From positions 1,920,001 through 1,984,000 of the forward strand of contig OZ252243.1 of the NCBI GenBank assembly GCA_965249555.1: a stretch of DNA of 64,000 bases, written 5' to 3'. Below, one piece after another: positions 20,054 to 30,539 of the stretch (within the stretch, counting starts at the first letter, position 1; each line of letters begins with the position of its first letter). Made by a program: the position numbers and the translations under genes. The notes beneath the pieces are model-generated. The model was not told where the DNA came from. It worked only from the letters and a program-made list of their open reading frames with translations, and did no database searches. Source of the DNA: Nitrosopumilus sp. Its GTDB lineage: Archaea > Thermoproteota > Nitrososphaeria > Nitrososphaerales > Nitrosopumilaceae.

Positions 20054-21850
20054 GTGAAATTATTTAGTATTGTTATGTTTGTTTTAGGTTTTTCTTTATT
20101 TGTAACAACTCCAATTTTTGCAACAATAGACAATCATACACTAACAGGATATGATCAAAAATCAACAATTCAAATAGAGTTTGATAATAATCAACTAATT
20201 CGATATTCTTTAGAATTTTTAGATGGCGATTCTAAGCAAATAAATCTAACACAAATTGATCCAAAATTCAAAATAAAAGATGATAGATTTTTTGTGATTG
20301 ATAGGGCAAACGGACTTTTTATTATTGGAAAAAACATAGAAGATAAAAAATGGATTATAATATCAAAAATAAAACTTGATTCAGAAAAAATAACTAAAAG
20401 ATGGATTATAGATATTGAACCAACAAAAAAGATAACTGGACAGCGTGATTTGTTGGCAGAAAACGATAATAAATCAAGTCTAATAACTGAAAATTCATTT
20501 AAAAAATCTCAAAACTTGGACAAGTATAAGAAAATAGATGAAGCTGAAAGAATCCATCAAGAGAAACTGAAAAGATTAGAATCTCAAAATAATAAATTAT
20601 CAAAAACAGAAATGGAAGCAAGTTATAGTAAATATGAAGAATACAAAAAAACAATTTTTGATAGAGATGATGATAGACCTAAACCAATAGTTGATTCAAA
20701 AAATCAAGATGATATAGGATCTATGAAATTATTTTTATCATTGCCAAAAACTGTAGAGCATAAACAAAAATTAGTTTACAGTGTTTTAGTAACTGATGAA
20801 ACTAGAGGAAAATTTGAATCAAGTTATAATTCGTTTGTTGGTAATGGTATAGTTGATGTTATTATTTCTAGTGTGATAAAAAATCCTCTAAATGTTGTCC
20901 TGCATGAATCAGATGGTGCTACTGATTCTAATGGTCTGTACAGTGATTCTTTCATAATACCTGATAGGTCAACTACAAAGGGGAAATACATTTTAGAAAT
21001 TAGTGCTACCAAGTCCATAGATGGAACTATACTAAAAGAGAGTTTACAAAAGAATTTTTTTGTCAATTCTGTTCATCAATCTGATAATACAAGACCATAT
21101 TCTATAATAAAAGATGTATTGCCCATAATAACTATGAATCAAACAATACCAATTCTAGGCAATTTGATCAGTACCATTAAGATAGAATCTTCAAAGATTA
21201 ATGCTACACATTTTAAGAGTAATGGTGGTGAAATATTTTACCTTGCCTTAAACAATCAAACTGAATATTCTAAAGATGGCGAATATAACAAACTTGAAAT
21301 AACTGCATTGCCCTATGATACAAAAAATTTTGATCTAACAAATTTTGATACAACACACTTTAAAAATTCTGATGATGTCTTTCATCGTATAAATGATACA
21401 GGAGACATAGAAACTTGGAATGGTGAAGAGTACATATTTGCGCCTAACTATACAGGATATCAAAAGATCAATCATGCACAAGCACAATTTTTCTTAAAGG
21501 ACACAGACATAGCTGATTATACAGTAACAAAATCAGAATGGCATTTAGATCAAACTGTGAAAGTTCAACTAAATGGAAGTGCTAGTTGGGATAGTGATGA
21601 TCCTTTTAGTTCTTTAGAATTTTTATGGAGTATTGTAAATCCTGAAAAAAACAAATACGAAATAGATAAATCACAACTTACAGGAGCAACACCTACAGTT
21701 GATCTTAATGCTGAAGAAAAAGAAGTATTTTGGTTTGAATTGACTGTAAATGATGGAAGAAAGGATGACAGAACCCCTGCTTTGATGAATGTAACCATGT
21801 ATAATGGGACAATCTATGATTCAAATTTTGTCTGCAAGTACTGTAAGTGA
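20054..21850 (+). CDS. Secreted protein with Ig-like and C-terminal PKD-like domains
   Basis: Signal peptide; GATDSNGLYSDSFIIP..GKYILEISA; VQLNGSASWDSD...FLWS...FELTVNDG. Confidence 0.7.
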   Translation: MKLFSIVMFVLGFSLFVTTPIFATIDNHTLTGYDQKSTIQIEFDNNQLIRYSLEFLDGDSKQINLTQIDPKFKIKDDRFFVIDRANGLFIIGKNIEDKKWIIISKIKLDSEKITKRWIIDIEPTKKITGQRDLLAENDNKSSLITENSFKKSQNLDKYKKIDEAERIHQEKLKRLESQNNKLSKTEMEASYSKYEEYKKTIFDRDDDRPKPIVDSKNQDDIGSMKLFLSLPKTVEHKQKLVYSVLVTDETRGKFESSYNSFVGNGIVDVIISSVIKNPLNVVLHESDGATDSNGLYSDSFIIPDRSTTKGKYILEISATKSIDGTILKESLQKNFFVNSVHQSDNTRPYSIIKDVLPIITMNQTIPILGNLISTIKIESSKINATHFKSNGGEIFYLALNNQTEYSKDGEYNKLEITALPYDTKNFDLTNFDTTHFKNSDDVFHRINDTGDIETWNGEEYIFAPNYTGYQKINHAQAQFFLKDTDIADYTVTKSEWHLDQTVKVQLNGSASWDSDDPFSSLEFLWSIVNPEKNKYEIDKSQLTGATPTVDLNAEEKEVFWFELTVNDGRKDDRTPALMNVTMYNGTIYDSNFVCKYCK

Positions 21851-21975
21851 GTTTGATAAAAAACCTGACATGTATAATGGAACAATCTGTAATTCATCTA
21901 TATGTTAACAATGATTAATCTATATTTGGTTTAAAATTTGAGATTCTTGAAAACTCATCCAGTAATACAATTTTA

Positions 21976-22400
21976 GGCTCTGGTCAATCTAGGTGATCTA
22001 GTATGGATAATGCTCAAAAGTGACAAATATGGATCTTATTCTAATTGCCTGACCTCCTGAAAAAACCCCTGATCAAAAGTGATATAAAAAATTCCTGAAT
22101 ACTATCAGAATTCCCCAAAATATACACTGTACAATTTTGGTGATCCGGACTCAGAATTCTAAAACAGACGTTTCTGATCTTTCTTGATATGCTTTTTGTT
22201 TTTACCAGTAGGTTTTTTGGGATTTTTAGAAATCTCAGCTCTGCATTTATGACAGTTTGGCTGTCAGACCACCATGCAAAAGTCTGCCTTGATGGATGTG
22301 TTGCATTGCGCATAAAGATAAGAACTTTTTTTATCGTTAATCACAAAACACTTGTTTTCTGCATTTGATAAAAGAGTGTGAATTTTTTTCTGATCAATTT
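21976..22400 (+). mobile_element. Second, decayed IS6-like left end
   Basis: ~95 bp similar to reverse complement of 19660-19754, including the TTGCC start region of the SWIM ORF, followed by stop-ridden sequence; right limit approximate. Confidence 0.7.
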
Positions 22401-22533
22401 CAGATAAAAATTCAGGTTTTTTACTGCATGGGGATATTATTGGTTTTAATTCTGTAGTGGATTGTTCTAGTCAAGTACTTTAGAATGATAAAAGCGATTT
22501 ACATCTTTTATACTACCAAATATTTTGAATTCT

Positions 22534-23000
22534 TTAGTACATGATCATCTCTTTGATTTTGTTTGTAGTGGGTCCAGTTCCATGGAGCAGTTGCATTTTC
22601 TCAGATTTTGATCCTCCTTCTGTAACAAATGGAATTTGATTCCACATCTCAGAGAGAGATGCTTTTTTGATTTCCATATTGTCAATTCTTTCTTGCTCTT
22701 GTTTTACCAGTGTCAAAATAGCTTGTCTCACACTTGATGCAAAATACTTGGCAGGATACGACATTTCAGATGTGACTAATCCCATACTTTACAATGAATT
22801 TACAATATGACATGTTTCAGTTCTGGGAGTTTGAGTTCCCTTTGATATTTCCAATGCTGTCCTTGAATCGTATTTTCCCAGATAGATGAAAACCCTGCTT
22901 TGATTAGAGGTCAATCCAAAATAGATCAACTCTTTCTTAATTTTCTCAAGAATGATCTGATGTCTATGAAATTCTGTTTCAGAATTATTACCAAATAGAG
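22534..23000 (-). pseudogene. TrmB-family regulator with internal stop
   Basis: Hand translation FGLTSNQSRVFIYLGK...TALEISKGTQTPRTETCHIVNSL*SMGLV; in-frame TAA at 22789-22791; start approximate. Confidence 0.75.
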
Positions 23001-23298
23001 AGATTGTTTCTGGCTTTATGATTGCTCCTTCATGTTATACTATACTGGTAACAGTTGGAGCGGAAATTTTTATCAATAATGAATTCATTTATGGAAAACA
23101 ATCGATTAAACCTATACCGCAATTAACATTCGATAATCTTGGATGATAGTTCGCTTTTATCCCTTGTTCTTCATGTATATTGAAACTGATGCATTTTCCA
23201 AACTATTGACCAGCATTGAAAAAATCAGGCTCAAAAAAAAATTCAATCTTATCTATTTTTTCATAACACTTAATTCAATTGTGTTTTCAGTTTGAAAT

Positions 23299-25165
23299 TG
23301 TGCGTATATTGCAATTACACTGTGACAGCATCGAGTACACTCCGACAAAAAAAGAGATCAAGATGGCCGAAGATATCAAAAATCCTGAACTCCAAAGACT
23401 TGAGGAAGTTGTAGTTGCGTTTGTTGCAATAGAAGACGGCGATGATTCTTCAGTAGCACAAGATGCTATTTCTCAAATAAAAAATTCTATGGAAAAAATT
23501 GGTTGTAAAAGATTATTACTATACCCATATGCTCATCTTAGTTCTAATCTTGCAAAACCTTCTACTGCAATGGCACTGCTCAGCGAGATGGAGACTAGTG
23601 CATCTGAGCTTGAGGTATCCCATTCCCCATTTGGTTGGACTAAATCTTATACAATACAGGTAAAAGGACACCCTCTAGCTGAAAGCTCCAAAGTTGTAAC
23701 AAAAGATTCAGCAGATTCCAAAAATGAAGAAATTACATCCAAAGCCCTAAAAGGCGAATCAAAAATTCGTTCTTATTGGAAGATAATGTCTCCTGATGGA
23801 ACAATGACCAACATTGCTGATTTTAATTTTGCAAATCATAAAAATTTAGAAATTCTAGCAAAATATGAATCAGCAAAACAACGTAGTGTGGATGAATCTC
23901 CACCGCATGTTGCATTGATGAAAAAAATGGCAATTGCAGATTATGAACCAGCCTCTGATTCTGGCAATATGAGATTTTATCCTAATGGCCGTTTGATAAA
24001 ATCTTTGATTGAACGCTATGTGACTGATAGGGTTAAAGATTATGGTGGATATGAAGTTGAAACTCCAATCATGTATGATTCAGAACATCCAAGTATGGTT
24101 AGTTACTTTAATCGATTTCCAGCAAGACAATACAATATTGATTCCGAAGGCAAAAAACTCTTTTTGAGATTTGCTGCTTGTTTTGGACAATTCCTTATGG
24201 CCAACCAATATCAAATGTCATACAAGAATCTGCCATACAAACTCTATGAGCTTACCCGATACAGCTTTCGACGAGAACAATCAGGCGAGCTTGTTGGCTT
24301 GAGACGACTCAGAGCATTTACGATGCCTGACTGTCATGCGTTCTGTAAAGACTTGGACCAGGCAGTAGATGAGATTATGCTAAGATTTGAATTATCTCAA
24401 AGTGTACTTTATGAACTCGGAATCGATGAATCTGATTATGACATGGCAATTAGATTCACTGAAGACTTTTACAATGAAAATAAATCCGCAATTGAGAAGT
24501 TGGTAAAAAAACATGGCAAACCAGTATTAGTTGAAATGTGGAAAGAAAAATTCTTTTACTTTGTGCTAAAATGGGAGTTTAATTTTATTGATAATTTGGG
24601 AAAGGCATCTGCTCTTTCCACAGATCAGATTGATGTGGAAAATGCCGATAGATATGGAATTGAATTTGTTGATGAGAACAACAATAAACAACACCCAATC
24701 ATTTTGCATAATTCTCCAAGTGGCGCTATTGAAAGAATCATTTACGCGTTACTAGAAAAGGCAGCAAAAGACTCCAAAGAGGGAAAAAAACCACAATTTC
24801 CATTATGGCTAGCCCCAACACAAGTCAGAATAATTCCATTAAAAGAAGAATTTAATGACTTTTGTGAATCATTGGCTGATAAAATCTCTCTCAATAATGT
24901 CCGTGTGGATATCGATGATAGAAATGAAAGCATTGGAAAAAGAGTCCGTGAAGCAGAAAAGGAATGGATAAGATACATCTTGGTAATTGGTGAGAAAGAA
25001 GTAAATTCTGAAAATTTGAGTATTCGTGACAGAATGATTGGAGATGTCAAAGAATTATCATTTGATGATTTCTTAAATGAAATAAACAAACAAACTAAAG
25101 GAAAGCCTTTCACTGGTTTGAATTTACCAAAACATCTATCAAAGAGACCTCAATTAATGGTGTAA
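23299..25165 (+). CDS. thrS: Threonyl-tRNA synthetase (archaeal type)
   Basis: RILQLHCD editing domain, YPYAHLSS, LRFAACFG, FRREQSGEL, PLWLAPTQVR; GTG start at 23299. Confidence 0.97.
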
Positions 25166-25168
25166 AAA

Positions 25169-26044
25169 ATGAGCTATACTGATCTCTATATGAACAAAAA
25201 TCCTTTGCTTACATCCTCTAATGAGGATTCTGAGCCTGTAGCAACTGTATTTGGTGTTCCATTTGATGCCACTCATTCTTACAAACCCGGTTGTAGATTT
25301 GGACCTGATGTGATTCGTGATTCATTTAACAATATCGAAGTTTTTCATCCCGAATTTCAAGTAGATGTGGAAGCTGTGCATATAGAAGATTTAGGAAATA
25401 CACGTCATACTGTAGTTGCATCTGAGATGATTGATATGATTAAAAAAATTACTGCTGAGCTTGTAGCAAAACAAAGACAACTTTTCATTTTGGGTGGTGA
25501 GCATTCAATTACATATGGCACCTATGCCAGTTTTCCAAAAGAAACTGGGTATGTTGTGTTTGATGCTCACTATGATTTGAGAGATGAATTTGCAGACATA
25601 AAATTAAGTCATGCCTCTTATCTTCGACGAATTGTTGAGGAACGAGGTCCTGAAAATATCTTACATGTTGGTGCTAGGGCATTTGTCAAGGAAGAATTAG
25701 AGTTTCTTATAGAAAATAACATCAAAACAATTTCTGATAAAGAAATCCGAGAAGGAAAAGGGCCTCAACTTCTAAAAGATCATGTGTCTACTTTTAATGC
25801 CGTTTATTCTAGTTTTGATCTTGATGTGTTGGATCCTGCATTTGCTCCAGGTGTGGGCAACCCCGAAGCTGTAGGTATTTCATCTCGAGAATTGTTTGAC
25901 TTGATTCACTCTTTTGAGGAAACTAAGATGATTGGTGTGGATATTATGGAACTTAATCCGTATCATGATAATGGTTCAACTGCATCTCTTGCAGCCAAGA
26001 TAATGTCCACTTTTATTGCCATAAATTTGTCGCAGAATAAATAA
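25169..26044 (+). CDS. speB: Agmatinase
   Basis: GGEHSIT, DAHYD, DLDVLDPAFAPGVG ureohydrolase motifs. Confidence 0.93.
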   Translation: MSYTDLYMNKNPLLTSSNEDSEPVATVFGVPFDATHSYKPGCRFGPDVIRDSFNNIEVFHPEFQVDVEAVHIEDLGNTRHTVVASEMIDMIKKITAELVAKQRQLFILGGEHSITYGTYASFPKETGYVVFDAHYDLRDEFADIKLSHASYLRRIVEERGPENILHVGARAFVKEELEFLIENNIKTISDKEIREGKGPQLLKDHVSTFNAVYSSFDLDVLDPAFAPGVGNPEAVGISSRELFDLIHSFEETKMIGVDIMELNPYHDNGSTASLAAKIMSTFIAINLSQNK

Positions 26045-26154
26045 TGATTATTCCTGCGGATGCAAGTTTACATTAACGATAATACTGGTTTTGTAAATTT
26101 TGACCTCGTTTTATTCCTGCTCACTTTATTAGCTAGTAGTGTTGGGATTATCTC

Positions 26155-26727
26155 GTGTTAAATAATCTCCGAGATACTCTCGCCCCAACACTTGAAAAGA
26201 TTGGCAAAGGATTTGCATCAACAGGATTGTCTCCAAATTTTTGGACATGTGTTGGTCTTGCGTTTGCATTGATATCTGCAGTAGTGTATGGTTTGGGGAT
26301 TGAATTTGGATTAATAATTGGAGGTATGCTGTTACTTGTTTCGGGATTCTTTGATATGGTGGATGGACAGGTAGCAAGAGTTACAGGCAAGACTTCAAAA
26401 AAAGGATCTTACTTTGATTCTATGTTTGATAAAATTGCTGAAGTTGCAATATTTTTAGGAATTTTAATTGGCGGATATGCAGAACCGTATCTTGTACTAC
26501 TTGCAATTACTCTATCATTGCTAGTCAGCTATGCCCGAGCAAAATCTGATGCTATTAACATAAAACTTCAAGGAGTGGGTATTGGTGAAAGAGCAGAAAG
26601 GCTTTTGGTAATTGCCATAATCGGAATAATCGGTTTTATGGAATATGCAGTAATAATTGTGGTAATAATTGCTGGAATTACTTTGATTCAAAGAATGGCT
26701 GTAACTGCTAAAAACATTAAGGAATAG
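26155..26727 (+). CDS. CDP-alcohol phosphatidyltransferase
   Basis: DMVDGQVAR...G...DSMFD motif. Confidence 0.92.
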   Translation: MLNNLRDTLAPTLEKIGKGFASTGLSPNFWTCVGLAFALISAVVYGLGIEFGLIIGGMLLLVSGFFDMVDGQVARVTGKTSKKGSYFDSMFDKIAEVAIFLGILIGGYAEPYLVLLAITLSLLVSYARAKSDAINIKLQGVGIGERAERLLVIAIIGIIGFMEYAVIIVVIIAGITLIQRMAVTAKNIKE

Positions 26728-26729
26728 TA

Positions 26730-27017
26730 CTATCGAAGTTTTCCACGTTTTCTTCTGTTATCTGCTGATCTGATTTTAAGAATCTTAAAGTGAATTGCAC
26801 ATGAAATACAATACCATTTCAAAACTGTTGGCGAAGCAATGTATGCGCCTTGTGCACGTAGCTCTTTTGCCAATGTGTGCTCTACTAGGTTTATCCTGCC
26901 TGTGACTTTTTTTGCCTTGTCTTTTGGAACTGTTTGTCCACAATTTGTACATTGGACAGTTCCTGATGAGCCTTTTCCTCCTTTAGTACGACCTCTACTT
27001 GCACGTTTTAGTGGCAT
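26730..27017 (-). CDS. rps26e: 30S ribosomal protein S26e
   Basis: VQCTNCG..VPKDKA...YCISCAIH. Confidence 0.95.
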   Translation of the reverse strand: MPLKRASRGRTKGGKGSSGTVQCTNCGQTVPKDKAKKVTGRINLVEHTLAKELRAQGAYIASPTVLKWYCISCAIHFKILKIRSADNRRKRGKLR

Positions 27018-27199
27018 GAAAATAAAACCAATTTGCTTACTTATATTCTTGTGGACTAGAAATTTCTACTTATACGAATGAGTGGAGATCACCCAAAAAA
27101 TATCAAGATTTTATCAAAAATAATGTGTCTATCTACTTTTGAGTTAGTCGAGACTTGGGCATAATGATTTACAAAAAAACCAAAACTTTTCTCTAACAA

Positions 27200-27750
27200 C
27201 AAAGCATTCTTTTCACAATCCTTGGATTCTCACTTTTAATTACACAGTTACAATACACTGCCAACTGATACGCCAGCACGCAAATCAGCACGAATGATTA
27301 TATATTCTCAAGTCCTTTCACCAGAACTGTTCTAATGCTAAACGTATCCTTGATTGTCTCAAAGAGTGCTTCAATTGATATTTTTCTCTGAGAATATAAT
27401 TTCCGACCAACTGCTGAATTGCAAAACCCTGTCAACTTTGTTCTGTTTGGTGGCGTAGAATGGTATTTTTTGACTGGACAGATCAATCTCATGGCATTAT
27501 TCTTAGCTGACTCGTATGGTTTGGAATCATCATATGCCGGATCACACCATATACTATTCATCAATCCAGAAAGTGACTCTCAATTTTTCATATGGCTTGA
27601 CATCATGAACATTTGCAGCAGTTACACATGGCAGATAATGGAACAACTAGTCTTTCCTGTACTGCAACTTCTGTGTAGTTTGTATCCATACACCATAGCA
27701 ACTGTTAACTGTCGGTTGATATATAATTCAAAACGCTAGTAAGAAATGAG
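27200..27750 (-). pseudogene. DDE transposase remnant (IS4/IS5-like superfamily)
   Basis: CDPAYD...YSQRKISIEALFETIK (YREK-like motif) in 27298-27564; flanks disrupted; limits approximate. Confidence 0.7.
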
Positions 27751-28059
27751 CTATTCTAGTTTATCAATTCTATTACTTAATGTTTCTATTCCTTGACCAT
27801 TTGCAGTTGCAATTTCAATAACATTATCTAGTTTTTTATTCATAGTATCTAATTTTGTGCAGTTGATAGCAACTTGTTCTTTCAGTCCTCTAACTTCATT
27901 TTTTACTTCTGAGGATTGTTCTCTTAATCCACTAACTTCATTTTTTACTTCTGAGGATTGTTCTCTTAATCCACTAACTTCATTTTTTACTTCTGAGAAT
28001 TGTTCTCTTAATCCACTAACTTCATTTATCAGTTCATCTGCCCATTGGGGTTTTTCCAT
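27751..28059 (-). CDS. Coiled-coil protein with 14-aa tandem repeats
   Basis: EVKNEVSGLREQSS repeats encoded by near-perfect 42-bp units at ~27890-28027. Confidence 0.7.
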   Translation of the reverse strand: MEKPQWADELINEVSGLREQFSEVKNEVSGLREQSSEVKNEVSGLREQSSEVKNEVRGLKEQVAINCTKLDTMNKKLDNVIEIATANGQGIETLSNRIDKLE

Positions 28060-28074
28060 ATTGTATGAAGTTCA

Positions 28075-28356
28075 TTACACTTTATTAAGTTTAGGTGATT
28101 GGGTACCTACTGCCCCTAGATTATTATGGAATATTTCACAAAAATAATGGATGGATTTTGTATCATTTGCAAAAGGTTCTGTCATTTCTCTTGCAAATGC
28201 ATCAAATCTGTTTTGCAGGTTCATTGCATCTGATTGTCTGATCAGTAAAGTTCCCTGAATGCTTTGGTTCTTGTCCAATTCTATAATCTCTGCATCAGAT
28301 ATTAATTTCTGTTCTAACTGTGGAACGTTCAATGAAATTTTATCTATGATATGCAC
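28075..28356 (-). CDS. Hypothetical protein
   Basis: 93-aa ORF co-oriented with neighbours. Confidence 0.45.
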   Translation of the reverse strand: MHIIDKISLNVPQLEQKLISDAEIIELDKNQSIQGTLLIRQSDAMNLQNRFDAFAREMTEPFANDTKSIHYFCEIFHNNLGAVGTQSPKLNKV

Positions 28357-28571
28357 ATTTTACAACACCTGTTCCAAGGTCAAACCCTATCTTTACCATG
28401 CCGTAAAAATATCAGATTAATTCAAGGTATAAAATGGGTTTGAAGTTATTCTACCTTCTCGTGTTTTGATTTTGACTGGGTATCATGGTATATTCTGACA
28501 ATAGAGGCGGTAAGAGAACTGAACATTCCCCATTTTTGGAACGAGCAACTAGGTGAATTTTATTTTAAACT

Positions 28572-28678
28572 ATGAATCTTTTTCCATTAAAAATCTCAAT
28601 ATCGACTATCCTGGTACAGATACATGCACATCATTTTCACTAAATGAATCTTTTTCCATTAAAAATCTCAATATCGAC
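28572..28678. repeat. Exact 35-bp direct repeat separated by 37 bp
   Basis: ATGAATCTTTTTCCATTAAAAATCTCAATATCGAC at 28572-28606 and 28644-28678. Confidence 0.9.
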
Positions 28679-29595
28679 CCAACAATATCCCTAAAATGAT
28701 CTTCTCCGAATCTATTATTCTTCTGAAATAATTTAATTATAATTAACATGCCTTCATCTTTTTTATTATTGTCTAGTATGGAAGATGATTTGCATTCCAT
28801 CAATCTTCCATTATGTGGATCTTGATATTCATTTAGTACTGTTATAATCGCATATCTATCTGACCGTTCTTTATCATTTGGTACAAAATTTTCTGGGGAT
28901 ATTAAAAAATCTGTTTTAGTATTAAAACTCCGATCATTTATTTTAAAATATTCTTCTTCTACCGTGCATGTATACTCTTTATCCCCTAATGTAAAACCAA
29001 ATCCACTGTTTATTGGTTTTGTCAATATGCCCTCAGATTCAATATTTAGTCTGAAATACTCACGTATTACGTCTCTTGAATTTGCTTTATCTTTATCCTT
29101 ATATTCTAAACTTATAGGTTCATTAAGAAATTTTATAATGTAATTCATATCTGAGATAAATGCATTAATTTTTCTTGGACATGAGATTTGTAAAGCATTC
29201 ACATATGCTTCATTGTCGTTTTTTCCTGATATGTATCCACGAATAATACTTGTAGACATGTAGGAGATTGGCGTGTCCGTATCTGTTATTCGTATTAGGA
29301 CGTGTTTTTCCATTGGATCATTGTTGCTTGCTGAAAATGTGTTTTGACATATCAAAATATCTGCTCTTGGATCAAATTTGGTTCCAAGTGATGGTAATTC
29401 AACACTATATTTTATTTCTTCATTAAAACACCTATATTTTTTGTTTCTAAGTATGAAATAAAATCCATCCTCATCACTACCATGTTTAATATTATTATAA
29501 CTAATATATTGCCATTTTCCAAATTGATCTGGTTCTTCAATATATTTTTGAAAAATTGTAACAAGATCTTTTATTGTAATATCTTTTTCAGACAT
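28606..29595 (-). CDS. Hypothetical protein with internal domain duplication
   Basis: 329-aa ORF; halves share GFxFxL..KxYxC..E...xDxLI. Confidence 0.65.
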   Translation of the reverse strand: MSEKDITIKDLVTIFQKYIEEPDQFGKWQYISYNNIKHGSDEDGFYFILRNKKYRCFNEEIKYSVELPSLGTKFDPRADILICQNTFSASNNDPMEKHVLIRITDTDTPISYMSTSIIRGYISGKNDNEAYVNALQISCPRKINAFISDMNYIIKFLNEPISLEYKDKDKANSRDVIREYFRLNIESEGILTKPINSGFGFTLGDKEYTCTVEEEYFKINDRSFNTKTDFLISPENFVPNDKERSDRYAIITVLNEYQDPHNGRLMECKSSSILDNNKKDEGMLIIIKLFQKNNRFGEDHFRDIVGSILRFLMEKDSFSENDVHVSVPG

Positions 29596-29662
29596 GGCAT
29601 TATAATTTAATTAATAAATATCAATGTTATCCTATTTGGAATTGTGTATTTTTACATACTTT

Positions 29663-30010
29663 TCATTGGTATATGTGGCAGTAGTGTAAAGAAGTGTAAA
29701 GAAATCTGCTATTGCCATACCAAACTGATGATGATTCCATGACAATATTGGCATGAATCGGTATGTCTGTAAAATGGTTCTTGATTGATTCATGAGTGTT
29801 CTCAACTTTTATGTTTTGTAATATCTTTCCGTCATTATCCATTGTTGCTACTTGAAGAGATTCCTTGTGCAAGTCAATGCCAACATACATGCCCTTGTCT
29901 TTTTTTGCCCTAATCTGTTTCTTTGGACTTTTCTTGGAATACGATGGATTACGAGTCCTGGATCTGGGTTCATTTTTTATGCTATCTGAATTCCTTCTTT
30001 TTGTATTCAC
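29663..30010 (-). pseudogene. Truncated IS110-family recombinase (DEDD/RuvC-like N-terminus)
   Basis: MYVGIDLHKESLQVA...IVMESSSVWY then truncated. Confidence 0.85.
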
Positions 30011-30021
30011 ATATAGTTATT

Positions 30022-30133
30022 TTATCATCTCAGAAAACATGCTCAATCCCCTTGGTTTCCCGTGCCTCAAGGCATGCAAGAAAGACGGAGATCATCCTCA
30101 TACCCTGATTTGTGCGTGAAGGTTGATACATAC
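30022..30133 (-). mobile_element. Miniature IS66-like remnant related to 6975-7374
   Basis: 30022-30108 resembles ~6999-7078; GATTTGTGCGTGAAGGTTGATACATAC matches 7348-7374 with one mismatch. Confidence 0.7.
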
Positions 30134-30389
30134 TTTTCATACTGTTAAATTCTTCCTGGGTTATTTCGCCTTTGACAAATCTGGTCTTAAGAAGTGTCAT
30201 TGGGTTTTCGGCAACTTGGACATTGGAAATAGGTTTGCTGGTGTCCTCTTTATTTTCCTTTACTTCTTTGATTTTATCACGAATGTAATTGTATAAAATT
30301 TCTGCCTAGTCTTTTGGTATTACAACAATTGTTCCTTCTGCATTTCGTCCTCAAATGGCCATATTATGACCAGCCTTTGACATCTGTCA
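30134..30389 (-). pseudogene. SHOCT-domain protein remnant
   Basis: Hand translation ENPMTLLKTRFVKGEITQEEFNSMK; stops upstream. Confidence 0.55.
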
Positions 30390-30539
30390 TTCTATGTAAT
30401 GAAAACACCCGACGCGCAACACGAATAAGATCCTTATTGAGTATATTCGATTTGGTAAATCCGAACCCGTGAAGGTTGTAAATATTTATCAACATATACA
30501 AAACAATATGAACATGGAATATTGTGGGGGTAATGAGAA

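Noticed and set aside
28572-28678. Repeat-spacer-repeat (35/37/35 bp) as a mini CRISPR array
   Set aside because: Only two copies, one inside a coding region, no typical ATTGAAA(C/G) end and no cas genes in the window
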